The notes: generated by a model not told the origin, from the letters alone. 64,000 nucleotides of DNA, filler included, from Circinaria calcarea (GCA_051942165.1; 43 parts of 43 records of this genome joined end to end with filler, not necessarily neighbours in it); one strand, 5' to 3'. Positions 11,743 through 23,910 are shown, numbered from the whole stretch's first letter. Made by a program: numbers and translations.

Positions 11743-12024
11743 GATTTGTGGGTAACGAAATATGGAAGCGGGTGTGCAGTAAAGAACGCGCGTGATTTGC
11801 CCCGGGGGTTTTTTCTAAATAACCAAAACCAGGGGAAAGCGCGCTCGTTTTTCCCTCTCCCGGTAAATGGTTAGGAAACAATAGAAAAAACGAAGTTTTT
11901 GTTATGAAAAATCATCTACCGGCCNNNNNNNNNNNNNNNNNNNNNNNNNNNNNNNNNNNNNNNNNNNNTTAATTAATTAANNNNNNNNNNNNNNNNNNNN
12001 NNNNNNNNNNNNNNNNNNNNNNNN

Positions 12025-13091
12025 CAGCAAAGACATCCACACTAGATATCCCTCTCCTCGGCTACGGAACGTGGAACCTCAAACCCAATGCCTCCGAAGC
12101 CGTTTCGGTTGCTCTACAAACGGGGTACCTGCATCTCGATTGCGCCGCCGCTTATGGAAATGAGAGAGAGGTGGGTAAGGGCATCGCGGATGGTCTTAAG
12201 AAAGTTGGACTCGAGCGATCGGATATCTGGGTGACTTCGAAGCTTTGGAACGATCAGTAGGTTATGATTGAGCTGCCAGCAAAGCTTGGGCTATGTTAGT
12301 TGTGGAGCCCTACACTGACCCAAGGCAGCCATGCCCCGGAATTGGTCGAGAAGGGACTGGATCAGACACTCTCAGACCTCGGACTTGACTACCTTGACCT
12401 CTACCTCATGCATTGGCCCGTAGGTTCCTACTCTTCTGGAAACAAACTCGACTATATTGAAGTGAGTTGCCCCTTGCCCTTATCCCCCTCCCCAATTTCC
12501 CCCTTCTCCAACCAAACCACACTGCTAATCCCGTCAACCAACCAGACCTGGCATGCTATGGAATGCGTCCTCCCCACCAGAAAAGTCCGCTTTATCGGCG
12601 TCTCCAACTTCTCCCCCAATCAACTCTCCGACCTCATCGCCTCCTCCGCTGTAAAACCCGCTGCCCACCAAATGGAACTCCACCCTTACCTTCAACAAAC
12701 CGCATGGGTACGTTGGCATCAGAATCAGGGAATTCACGTTACGGCATACTCCCCCCTCGGCAACTCCAATCCCACTTACGACTCGTCCCCATCAAAGGAT
12801 GCCCCACCTCTTCTCCTGAAAAACAACGTGATGGAGGAGATTGCGGAAAGGAGAAATTGCACCACCGCCCAGGTAGCGTTGGAATGGGGAATGAATAGGG
12901 GCACGAGCGTGATCCCGAAGAGCGCGCATAAAGAGCGGATCGAAGAAAATTTTCGAGCAAAGGCATGCAAGCTGGTGGAGGAAGAGGATAACGGGGACGT
13001 GCAGGAGCTCGGCAGGAAATATCTGACCCGGTTCAATAATCCGAGCAAGGCGTGGGGGGTTCATCTTTATGAGGGTTTGGAGGACGCTTAG
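12025..13091 (+). CDS. Aldo-keto reductase (5' truncated; introns 12257-12328, 12462-12545)
   Basis: IPLLGYGTW, LDCAAAYGNE, WVTSKLW, YLDLYLMHWP, IGVSNF, QMELHPY, VIPKS. Confidence 0.93.
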
Positions 13092-13524
13092 GGGAGCAGT
13101 GAGAATCCGTAAAAGGGGGGAAGATGGGTGATGAGGTGTAGGAGCATAATTTGGGCCGTTGGGGGGAGGGTGGTGATGAGATAATGACGGTTAAAAGCAT
13201 TGCGCGTACCTTGAGAAAACATGAATCTACAGATTTGCCTCTCCAAACTATGCCTATAAAATTATTTTCCTTATCGAGTTATGTATCTACTCCGACCCCC
13301 AACCAAGGGCACATATCTCACCCCTAATGCCCTAATGTGCTCCACAAACCCTCTCACCTCCTCTATTTCGAGGTTCCAAAATTCCTCCTTTTCCCCGCTT
13401 TTCTTCCTCTTGAACACCCGCTCCNNNNNNNNNNNNNNNNNNNNNNNNNNNNNNNNNNNNNNNNNNNNTTAATTAATTAANNNNNNNNNNNNNNNNNNNN
13501 NNNNNNNNNNNNNNNNNNNNNNNN

Positions 13525-14203
13525 GTACCCTCCGTAAGCTTGGCCCGCGAACGGATCGCCAGACATGGAGAAGCCGAGACCATCCAACGTCTCAACCCAA
13601 GCTTTAGGCCAGATGCTGTCAAGATCTTCGGGGAAAGACGCCTGGATTGGGCCTTCTGTGCCTATGACGTTCTCATCGATATAGTTTATTTTCAGGTGTT
13701 TGGCCGCTACCTCGGACGGTTTGGCCAACGTGTAAGACTTCTTGAAGTACCTTTCCATGGTGAACCAATCCCAGCCCGGATTGCCTAGGCCAGCCCATGC
13801 ATCGACGTTCACTTTGGACGTGGCAACGAAGGCGTGCCCATTGATTGCGCTGGATCCACCGAGAAGGCGACCTTGCGGGAACACCAGGCTTCTTCCGGCC
13901 AGTCCCGTCTCCAAGAAAGATTCCGATCAGCACGACGATGGAGCAATTTCAACACCTGATCGAGAGGTGCAGCGAGATGCTTACCTGTTCAACTGTTCGA
14001 AAATTCCAATCCGCATCGGTGCCCACAAGCGTAGGCCAAAAGGCGGGAGTTGTGACTCTTGGATCGGTCATCCGGTCTTCGCCCGCTTCAAGGACGAGGA
14101 CTTGGGTGTGAGGATCCTCTGAGAGACGGGCTGCTATCACCAATCCTGCCGTACCCCCACCGACAATCACAAAATCGTACTCCACGGATGCCATCTGGGA
14201 CAT
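13525..14203 (-). CDS. GMC oxidoreductase, N-terminal part (intron 13909-13984)
   Basis: YDFVIVGGGTAGLVIAARLSED..VLVLEAG FAD-binding motif; GRLLGGSSAING; WAGLGNPGWDW. Confidence 0.92.
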
Positions 14204-15024
14204 TATGGAAATAAACCAAAGAAGAAAAGATGGCAGTACCAATTAAGGTACTCGGGAAATGGGAATGAATGAATAGAGGGTCCGAGAAAAGAGTATGACT
14301 GAGCCACGTACCTTGCTCCAGCCGCATAAAAGGTTAGCCCTGCTTGTACAAGGGTATGGCGCAGCCTGGCGGCACCCAACATCTGTACGACAATGAATTG
14401 AAGCAACTAACTACGTCGTATGCATCGGTGTGGGTGGGTTGGATACGAAGATATACAGTAATTAGCAGAAGGATTAAGCGAAACCATTACCATAGCGAGG
14501 ATAGCCGTTGTGACCCTATATAGAGAGGGACGATACTATGGAGGGTGACGGGGAAACTAAATACATGCGGGTGCTGACTAAGCTCCACACCGTACCATAA
14601 CGTTTTACTAATAAATACCATCTGAAGCGATATTATATTTTACGATCTAAGCGGGATTCCGATTGGTTTATCGAGTGTAAATTAATAATAAGGTGTATTA
14701 AGGAGTTATTTATCTATTTTACAGCTACTCGCGGGTAGCGCCTCGTTTAACCCTTGCAGAAATCGTTGAAAACCCCGAATTGGACCCTCAAAAAGAGCCT
14801 ATTATTAGGGTATCAACGGGGATTAGGTCATGCGCGGGTTTATTGCGACGAGTAAAACAGTAAGCATTAATCTGTAAGCTAGGGTAAAGATTCCCTTTTC
14901 GAGAGATCTTTATTCAATATTCCCNNNNNNNNNNNNNNNNNNNNNNNNNNNNNNNNNNNNNNNNNNNNTTAATTAATTAANNNNNNNNNNNNNNNNNNNN
15001 NNNNNNNNNNNNNNNNNNNNNNNN

Positions 15025-15376
15025 AATAAAACGGTATCCCCTTTTCATACTTGTCCAGTAACAGATCCAGGTCTCGGTGACTAAAGACCATCCCCCGTCT
15101 CATCAGCCGATGTGGCTTGTGGCCCGTCACTTTTTCGAATCGATCCAGAAGAGCCTGGTCGATTGCTTTGGAACCGAATGTATGAATCAATTTCTTGTAG
15201 TCTATCGCCACGGCCTTCCCAGTCTCATCGACACCGCCGGAAACGTCAAAAGGCGTGATGATTTGTTCCCTGACAGCAGCTACGGCGGGTTCTTTGGGAG
15301 CTTCTTGCGTAAGTGAGAGCACTGTCAGTGCTGGTGGCTGCCCGGGCTCATCGGGGATTGATTTTAATTCCGCCAT
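15025..15376 (-). CDS. WRS1: Cytoplasmic tryptophanyl-tRNA synthetase, N-terminal part
   Basis: EQIITPFDV, IDYKKLI..FG, HRLMRRGMVFSHRDL..LLDKYEKG.PFY. Confidence 0.92.
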
Positions 15377-15631
15377 CTCGAGTGCGCCGTGAACAAAGAA
15401 GATTTACTCTAATGGACAAAATGGTTGTTTACAACTGTTATTGAGAGTCACGGTTAATGAAATTCGATATCACATGACCCCCGCTTGCCGTTTCCCTCCT
15501 TTGAACCTTATTTCTCCACCCCCCTCGTGCCTCCTTACCCCATCCATCTATCCACCTCTAATACCACATCAACAACGCAACCGCCTCCTACTACCCTCCA
15601 TTGCCATCCGGATAAAAGCAAAACCCCCACC

Positions 15632-16422
15632 ATGGTCAAATTCTACACCACCAACCAATCTTACGCCTACCCCCTCCCCGCCGTCTCGCTCGCCTACTTC
15701 CTCCGCTATCCAAACCCTTACTCCACCCACGTCCTCTCCACCGACGTCATCTCCCGCACCTTCGACCCTCTCACCCAGCGCCTGCACACCGTCCGCCTAC
15801 ACCTCAAGCGTTCCAAGTTGCCCCCTGCCATCCTGAAGCTCCTGCCCAAGGGCATCCTAGGGGGGGCCAGCGGCACGGCGACGACGGGCGGGGAAGGCCA
15901 TAGCTTCGTGCTGGAGAAGAGCACGGTGGACGTGCGGGAGGGTTGGATGGAGACGGAGAGCCGGAATCTGGAGTGGACGGGCGTGCTGAGCGTGGTGGAA
16001 AAGGGCCGGTATACACGAGCGGGCAGGGGTGCTGCGTCGTCTCCGCTGGGGGGGAAGGAAGAGAAACCGGTGGATATGTCCATGGATGAAGGCACGGATG
16101 TGACTACGACGGTGACGTTTCACTCGCGCTTCGGGCAAGGACGCCTTCTTTCCCCTCGGCGCAAAACGGACGCTCCGCCCAGCAGCCTTGATGGCGGCGA
16201 TGAGAAAAAGGGCTTCTTCGCCTCCTGGTCCACGGCGAGTCTCCAACGCACAATCGAAGCCATGGGCGTCCGGCGGACAAGAGACGCGTTGGTCAAGAGT
16301 AAAGATGGGATGAATGTAGTGCTGGAGAGACTCCGGATGGGAGGCTTAGTCGGAGTGCTGGAGGGGATGAGGAGGGACAGGGAGATGATTGTCGGAGGGG
16401 TCGATGGATGGAAGAGGAGGGG
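15632..16422 (+). CDS. UPS1: PRELI/MSF1-domain mitochondrial lipid-transfer protein (Ups1-like), 3' truncated
   Basis: MVKFY...SLAYFLRYPNPYSTHVLSTDVISR, ESRNLEWTGVLSVVE, KSKDGMNVVLERLR. Confidence 0.85.
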
Positions 16423-18020
16423 NNNNNNNNNNNNNNNNNNNNNNNNNNNNNNNNNNNNNNNNNNNNTTAATTAATTAANNNNNNNNNNNNNNNNNNNNNN
16501 NNNNNNNNNNNNNNNNNNNNNNTGGCTGGAACCCCAGGCCCTTCTAAGCGCTGTTAGACCCAGATCAAAGGGCGAAGGTAGCTCCACTCGCTTTCGAACA
16601 AACGCTGGTCTCTTACGACCGGGTACGACATATATCTTTCCTGGTTGCATCTCTGGTTCCTTACTTTCAGGGGGCTTCGCCTCTCTGCAGCAAGCATATG
16701 AGTATATATGACATAAGGTATAGTGTGGAAATGGCAAGTTGGTCTGCAGGCTTACCTTAACACCATCATCGTTCCTGTCGGATGCGTCTGAGCTAGGATA
16801 GGTGCTGGGGAAGGCGTCGATACTGGAATCAATCGAACCATGCTGGCTATGCTATTGAACTTGCTTGAACGCTTATTCCAACGATCCGCTACTGTTGTTG
16901 CCACTTATCACGATCAACACATGACAAGCACAGCAGTGACTCTCGACCCCTTCGGGTGAGCACCCTGCCCTTGTTACTGGTATCTGGGTCGAGTAACGGC
17001 CTGTACTGCTCGGATGTTGACTCTTTTGTGACTACCGTAGCCTGTCCGTGAGGAGATTGAGGAAGTTCCGGCGAAGGTGGTCGGACCATGTGCGCATAGC
17101 CCTATCCGAGTCACAGAAGAAAATGGCCAGAGGCATAGCCACTAAAAAGTTCCTGCACACGCAAAGAAGATTCTATCAAAGGCAACTTGTGCCATGCACA
17201 TTTTGGCTCGGGGAGGATACGAGGATCATCTGCAGCATGGCCTGGTGATATAAGAGAAGGGGGAAATCTCCGAGAGGGTTGCCCATTGAACGGCCGCAGT
17301 ACGAAAGCTTTTTTCGGATTCATCTTGCGAGTATCCTACTACATATGGAAATTTGGGCGGGTAAGCTAGGTGAAGGAGATTACTCTCCGTATACCAGGGT
17401 GGCCTCTGAGCCCACCGGCCGATTAAGGGCAAGTCAGTAGTCCTGGACTATCGTCAAGCATCAGTCTTGGCTATACATGGGCATCCAAGTGATTCCCAGC
17501 GGATATCTGGTCAGTCCCTACCCGCCGTGTGTTTTCTAGCTGGGCAGTGTTGACGGTTGCGCTTATTCCTCCAGTCTTGTCGCTTATGGCTTTTTGCCAC
17601 CTTCCAATGCGCCTATCCGACCTATGACAAGGCTGCTCAAATCGCTGCCGACAAAGCCAACATAACAAGTATATCCGAGGTGTGACCCATACCTAATATA
17701 GGTCAAGTCTCGTAATCCGACCTTCACCATGTATAAGGTGTTGATAAAATCTTCCGGGGTCAGACTGCTACCGTCGGTAACAATGTCTACTTTACCCCCC
17801 CTCGTATCTAAATCTGTATCACGTCAGTAGGGCCTTCCTCGATACATCCGATGGCTCACAGGTCCCCAACGACGAGAGGTTTGGGAGATAATCCTGTTAC
17901 CACCCTGGCAGACTGATTACNNNNNNNNNNNNNNNNNNNNNNNNNNNNNNNNNNNNNNNNNNNNTTAATTAATTAANNNNNNNNNNNNNNNNNNNNNNNN
18001 NNNNNNNNNNNNNNNNNNNN

Positions 18021-18514
18021 CACCAAGGGGTGGTTTTTTCTTCTCCCTTTTGTTATTAGATAGAAATCTAACCCCGTTTTTTGACATATCTGCCGGATTA
18101 CTGGGGGTTTACTATATGGTAGCATGAAAGCTCTCTCTCTCTCTCTCTCTAGAGCTCCACAGAGTATGTAGTGACCTATTTTGTCATGCCCAGCGCTTGC
18201 ATGACTATTTACTATATCTATTGTACTATATCTTCTTTTAAGCCCGATCCGAGCCTGAGCCTGAGCCCAAGCTGGGAACGAGCTAGGAACGAGAGGGAGA
18301 GGGAGAGGGAGAGGGAAGCTGCTACTGCTACTGCTACTGCTACTATCGAGGGCCTAGAACCCGCAACGGCTACCATATAGTATCTAACTAAGGGTTGTGA
18401 GTTTCGTTTCGTTTCGGATTGTTCCAAAAGATAGGGACCTAAAACCATTAATGATGATGTCCTTCACCAAGGGGTGGTTTTTTATTCTCCCTTTTGTTAT
18501 TAGATAGAAATCTA
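18021..18514. repeat. 50-bp direct repeat (18021-18070 and 18465-18514) enclosing microsatellites
   Basis: CACCAAGGGGTGGTTTTTT(C/A)TTCTCCCTTTTGTTATTAGATAGAAATCTA occurs twice with one mismatch. Confidence 0.9.
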
Positions 18515-20304
18515 CCTAGTTTCCACCCGAGGAAATCGAATCGAGGGAATGAGTTCGGTTTTATCTATTTCGGGGGCGCTTTGGGATTTTTTTTTGGGTT
18601 GTCAATAAGGGACTGGTGGGGGACTATTACGATTTTTGATTGGCAGTGGGGAAACCCCCCCCAAAATTGCTCTTCAACGTGTTCATGAAGCTGGTATATC
18701 TCCTTGTCTGGCCGGGTGAGAGGTTTTATCAGGCCGGATTCTGTTAAAGGGGACAGCTTTATTCTTTTTGTGGGGGGCGGTGGGAGGAAAGATGTAAGGC
18801 CAACCCCGTGTGGCTTTATGGTCCGATGGGGGTTTTCCAACGAAATAACTTGGTGGCTTTCTGGGAATTCCCCGCTGGCCTGGATTCTAATAAACGAGAT
18901 AGATACCTCTAGCTTTTTGCTATCGTACTCCTTCTCAGGCCCCACGGCTTTCATCTCTAGTTCGGCTAGTTTTGCTAAAATACCCGTTTGGATCAGCCCC
19001 CTCTAAAGGAAAGGCTGCATTTCGTTTGGGTGCATCGGTATCATGGTACCGGGTCGAGGCCTGAGGACATGGCGTTGGCGTGGCTCAAAGGAAACCGAGG
19101 CATCGAAACCTCTCTCCCGTCTGCTTCTCGTTGCCTGCAGAAAGCGTACCAAGACCTTGTAGTCTCTCCAGCGAGGGGGAGCAAGCGATGTGGACTTTCG
19201 TCCGGTGGGTAGACGGCGGTAGCAGTACCCGTAATGTAATTGCTCGCCCTGGGGAACACAAGAAACACCCCGTTCTTACAAGGCCTCCCTTTGCTGGTAC
19301 TTATCCCCCCCCCCCCCAACAACACAAACTCCACCCAGAAAGGGGCACCATTACCCATGCCCACTTATCCTACTAGATTAAACCCGTCCCCCAACCCATT
19401 TTTACCATTCGGTTGAACNNNNNNNNNNNNNNNNNNNNNNNNNNNNNNNNNNNNNNNNNNNNTTAATTAATTAANNNNNNNNNNNNNNNNNNNNNNNNNN
19501 NNNNNNNNNNNNNNNNNNACACCAGCTCTATATTAATCTTCTCAATCTCTGACCACTCTGTTCTACGCGCTGCTTACTACATTTACGAGACATCTGACGG
19601 TGTTAAAAGCTTACTTCAGATATGATAGAGGCTAGGTCTTGCCAGGTTCGCATACCGCATTGCGTTCACAGAGAAAAAGCATTCCGTTTGGGATACAGTA
19701 CTTTCGGATCAGACCGCAGGGGATTATGCATAAAGGCCTACCTTAGAGTATCAAGTCGTTCCCCATGGGGTTGACTTTAGACTCCGTGGATTTTACATTG
19801 TCGAGCCTGAGTTCAAGATCTCGTCTCACAAGCTCATCTGTCTTGTTCTGATATATAGACACTACAAGTAGCTAGGTAACCATAAAGATAACAACCTAGA
19901 GCCTTTGTGACACAATCCAAATCTTCCTAGAAAGTCTTTAGGGTTATGCGTATCCCTTAAGGGTTTTCTTGAGCAGGATGGACTATAACAGCCTAGTTTC
20001 CGGTTCATGCAATCCTAATTTGCCCATGGTCCATTCCGTTGAAGCATCTCCTTACAGGATAGATTGAAATCTTTATGTAAAATTGGCGTCGGCTAATCTT
20101 GCCGTACTCATTTATAGTCCAACTCTTTCAATGGAAGATCCTGGATTATGATATTTACTACAAGAAGAATACGATCCAAGTTTCTTTGAGGAGTTGTCTC
20201 AGCTAACTTTTATTCATGTATTAAGTTATACGTGAAGAGCACTTCATCTAGAATATCTATCCTGAGGTGTAAATGTCTAAATACTTCAACTTCTAAGAAA
20301 CACA

Positions 20305-20916
20305 ATGTCAAAGGTCACGCAAAGTCCGCCACCGCCTGAACAGATTAACTTTCAAGGTGCGCTTCAGCAATATACTTTCCAAGCTCCTATGACACCATCC
20401 CCCGTCAAGCGCAACTCTCGACTCTCCTCTGTTCTAAAAAAGCAATCACAATTTCGATCCCCTATAAAACGCGAAGCGCCAGAAGATACAACCTTCTCGC
20501 CCTTCTCTCCTGCAAAGAAGCCGAAACGATCACCTTCGGGGTATGCTCCACCAAGTAAATATTCCCACATCACCAATCTCCTCACCGATAAAGTCGCCCC
20601 GAACCTCATCTGCCTCTTCATCGGGGTGAACCCTGGTATCCGCACCGCTACTACGGGGCACGCTTACTCGCACCCCTCCAACCTCTTCTGGAAGTTCCTT
20701 CACAGCTCGGGCTGTACACCGCGTCGGTGTGCCCCGACCGAAGATGGAGACTTGCCGCGATTGTTCAGTCTCGGGAACACGAACATTGTGACGCGCACGA
20801 CCAAGGATGCCAGTGAGCTGAGCCGAGCCGAGATGGATGCCGGGGTGGCCGTTCTGGAAGAGAAGATCCGGAAGTGGAAACCGGAGGCGGTGGCGATTGT
20901 CGGCAAGGGGATCTGG
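20305..20916 (+). CDS. G:T/U mismatch-specific DNA glycosylase (TDG/MUG family), 3' truncated
   Basis: LFIGVNPGI..GHAYSHPSNLFWK.LH, LGNTNIVTRTT, AIVGKGIW. Confidence 0.92.
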
Positions 20917-21016
20917 NNNNNNNNNNNNNNNNNNNNNNNNNNNNNNNNNNNNNNNNNNNNTTAATTAATTAANNNNNNNNNNNNNNNNNNNNNNNNNNNN
21001 NNNNNNNNNNNNNNNN

Positions 21017-21446
21017 CACGCAGCATAGCACACACCATAGTATAGAGTATAGCACGCAGCATAGCATAGCTGGCGGTATAGCATGGAAATGGCACGTAGC
21101 ATAACACGCAGCATAGCATAGCACGCAGCATAGCATAGCACGCAGCATAGCATAGCACGCAGCATAGCATAGCACGCAGCATAGCATAGCATAAAATAAC
21201 GCTAAGAATAAAGTTATGCGACGCTAAACCTAATACGCCCGAATAAGTTAGAAAAACTAGGCTCAATAAGGTAAAAAACTAGGCTTAATAAGGTAAAAAA
21301 CTAGGCTCAATCGAGCCAAAAACTAAACCCTTTTAGGTCAATTTCGAGGCCAGAGTGAGAACACCGCAGAATTTTGGTTCGGTTCGGAAAATCTCCCGCC
21401 GAAGTTAAACCCTTCTACTTCGTTTCACTTCGTTTCAGGGCATAAC
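21017..21446 (-). mobile_element. Truncated hairpin-ended non-autonomous element, family A copy 2, with a 17-bp (CACGCAGCATAGCATAG)n array and ~22-bp internal repeats
   Basis: Terminus shared with 7521-7799. 17-bp array at 21017-21192; AAAAACTAGGCTYAAT x3 at ~21252-21320. Confidence 0.65.
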
Positions 21447-21498
21447 AAATTTTATCGATAAAAGGGTGCAAAGTCGTTCTGATATATAAGATAAATAA

Positions 21499-21711
21499 GT
21501 TCAAGATTCAGGACTCGCGGCGATTAATAATCTAGGCCAGACCGCCCTACATATTGCGGCTGAGAGAGGCGACCTTTCGGTTGTGCGACTATTATTGGAC
21601 AGTTCTGACATTCCAGTTGACGCCGGTGATGCCCGGGGATACACGGCGCTGCATCTTGCCGCTGCAGGCGGTCATTGTGACGTGATCAAAGTGCTTCTGG
21701 AAGCAAAATGA
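21499..21711 (+). pseudogene. Ankyrin-repeat coding remnant (two repeats)
   Basis: GQTALHIAAERGDLSVVRLLL and GYTALHLAAAGGHCDVIKVLLEAK*. No ATG; in-frame TAA at 21487 and 21496. Not in the ORF track. Confidence 0.7.
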
Positions 21712-23460
21712 CTTTTTCTCTCAGCGTAAAGGATGCGTTGTTGTATCATTCAAACTCGAGAGGAGCCTCTAGACAAACGGAATAGAAATATAGATTCTCA
21801 GAAATTATAGGCTCATCACCCGCAGTAATTAAACGTTGATCATGGTGCACCAGATAGCCAAATACAGCACACTTTATCCAATGTCTCCATTTCCCTAGAC
21901 ACGATCAACTAAGGTCGCCACAATCTATACAACAAGGACATACGCACAGCACGACCGTCGCACATACGAAATCTTCCTCTCAGTCACGGCTGACCTTTTT
22001 CGGGGCCGCCAATTATGCGACTAGCACTTAGAAGTTAGAATATGGATCTCCCGTAAGCGTCGCACATATTTCTCGTAAGCCGCTTATCACCCTCTTCATT
22101 TTTTGTTTTATTATAGACTAAGCGAAACACCAATCGACCATAAGCTTCGTTATCAGACAGATTAGGTTATGCCACCATTTGCCTTGATAGAGTAAGATGG
22201 AAATTACCACATCTCACTGGCTGATCTGGATTTGCAAGTCTCCCAAGGGGATGTGTATGCTCTGTCAACGGCTGAGCCTTTTCCGGAATCTCTCGAAAGC
22301 GCATCATGACCCGTTGTAAGCAGGGAGAACTCCCTTTGGAAAGTAAGCATCACAAGATACTTGATTAAAACTCGATCATCTTCGTGTTCAATTTTGTAAA
22401 CCCAACGGGATCGANNNNNNNNNNNNNNNNNNNNNNNNNNNNNNNNNNNNNNNNNNNNTTAATTAATTAANNNNNNNNNNNNNNNNNNNNNNNNNNNNNN
22501 NNNNNNNNNNNNNNACCATAAACTTCACATCACACTACTTCCGTGATCCCCCGCCCCTCCATCCAACACGGCGTTTCCCTTCACAATCTCCAAAACCAGC
22601 GATACGTATCCGGCAGCTCCTTAACTACGACCATCGACTTCCCCGGACTTTAATATAACCCCTGAGACCCGACCACCTGCGCTGCCCTCTTCTTGACAGC
22701 CATCAGACATCTTTGGAAATGCTAACAGTGTGCTCGATCTGCACGGTTATCCCCTTCTGTCCAGAGATACGCTCGGGAGTTGTAGGTGGTGACATGGAGG
22801 AAAGCGTGCACCATTTCATGCAGAAGGGTGTCGGAGATTCCGTCCTAGGGAGTGCTTGATTCTCGGGTGGTTAGGTACTAAGGAGTTTCGGGAAAGTAAG
22901 GGGTGCGTTTGGAGAAAATCTCGACTTGCGCAGCTGGTGATGATGAGTTAATGAGGCTTGCGCACGTCGAGATTGTAGTAAGGATTTATATTGCTTCAGC
23001 TACGAGTGGTCATACCGAGCCAGCTAATCTATTGTATGGAAAGTGTTGCTGCCGAGGGTCATTTGGTTTGAAGTAGAGAATGTCAAGGGGATTTGGGGTA
23101 AATAGTGTTGCTCTTAACTCAGCAAGCAATATACAAGCAGTAAGCACAAGTCCTATTTCACACAAAGGGTAGTAGGTAAATCATGTGCTTAGAAATAAAA
23201 GTATTCTGGTTTTGTATCGGCTTAAGTGACAGCGTACTTATTAATCGGAGGTTATGCTGATAAGTATCTAAACGGCTATAAAACCGGAACTGCTTCGTTT
23301 GATGTAGCAATATTAGTTTCCCGGGGCTACCTCGCCATCATATTGCTTTATTGTTCATTCGATTGAAACTGGCCCCTCTCCTAACTCCATCATTTCAATA
23401 AGGCCTTCACCTCCTTGTTCTCGTCGTCGCTATACACCTCATTGTACAGCTCCGTTCCCA

Positions 23461-23910
23461 TCAACTCGGTAAGATCTTCCCAAACCCTTTCCAACAGCCT
23501 CTCGAGACTCCCGGTTTCTGCCGTTTCCCCCGTGAAAAAGCCCGCAAGCCCAACAGCTCCCCAGCGCGTTCATCAACGGCTCGGAGGCAGCGCTGAAAGT
23601 ATTCGCCATGACCAGGTCCGGCGGCGTTATCGTTCTCAATCCGGAAATGTGAGCGCTTTCCGTTGGGACCGCAGACTCGTAGGTAGCAGTGGACCATTTC
23701 ATGCAATAGCGTGCCCCACATCTCATCCCAGCGGGTGTCGGTTCCACGGAGAGGGTGGAGAAAGATCGTGGTGGCGTTGAGGGAGATTTCTGCGCACCAG
23801 CTGCTATAGTAATGGCTGGGTTCCTGCTTCCTGGTTCTGTAATAGAGAGCGGTGGTGCCATAGGAGAAAGCTACCGTGCCATCTTCTACAGAGTCCGCTT
23901 CGTTGCGCCA
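23461..23910 (-). CDS. SprT-like zinc metallopeptidase-domain protein (5' truncated)
   Basis: Frame is open from the contig edge; GTLLHEMVH (HExxH) followed by GHGEYFQRC. Confidence 0.72.
   Translation of the reverse strand, partial: WRNEADSVEDGTVAFSYGTTALYYRTRKQEPSHYYSSWCAEISLNATTIFLHPLRGTDTRWDEMWGTLLHEMVHCYLRVCGPNGKRSHFRIENDNAAGPGHGEYFQRCLRAVDERAGELLGLRAFSRGKRQKPGVSRGCWKGFGKILPS

Noticed and set aside
13270..13424. Minus-strand C-terminal fragment ERVFKRKK...RALGVRYVPLVGGRSRYITR*
   Set aside because: Plausibly coding but too short to assign.
16523..17920. Possible decayed genes (also 2400-2911, 3012-3900, 19519-20300, 47883-48530)
   Set aside because: Only short stop-interrupted frames with no motif I could identify; BLASTX would be needed.
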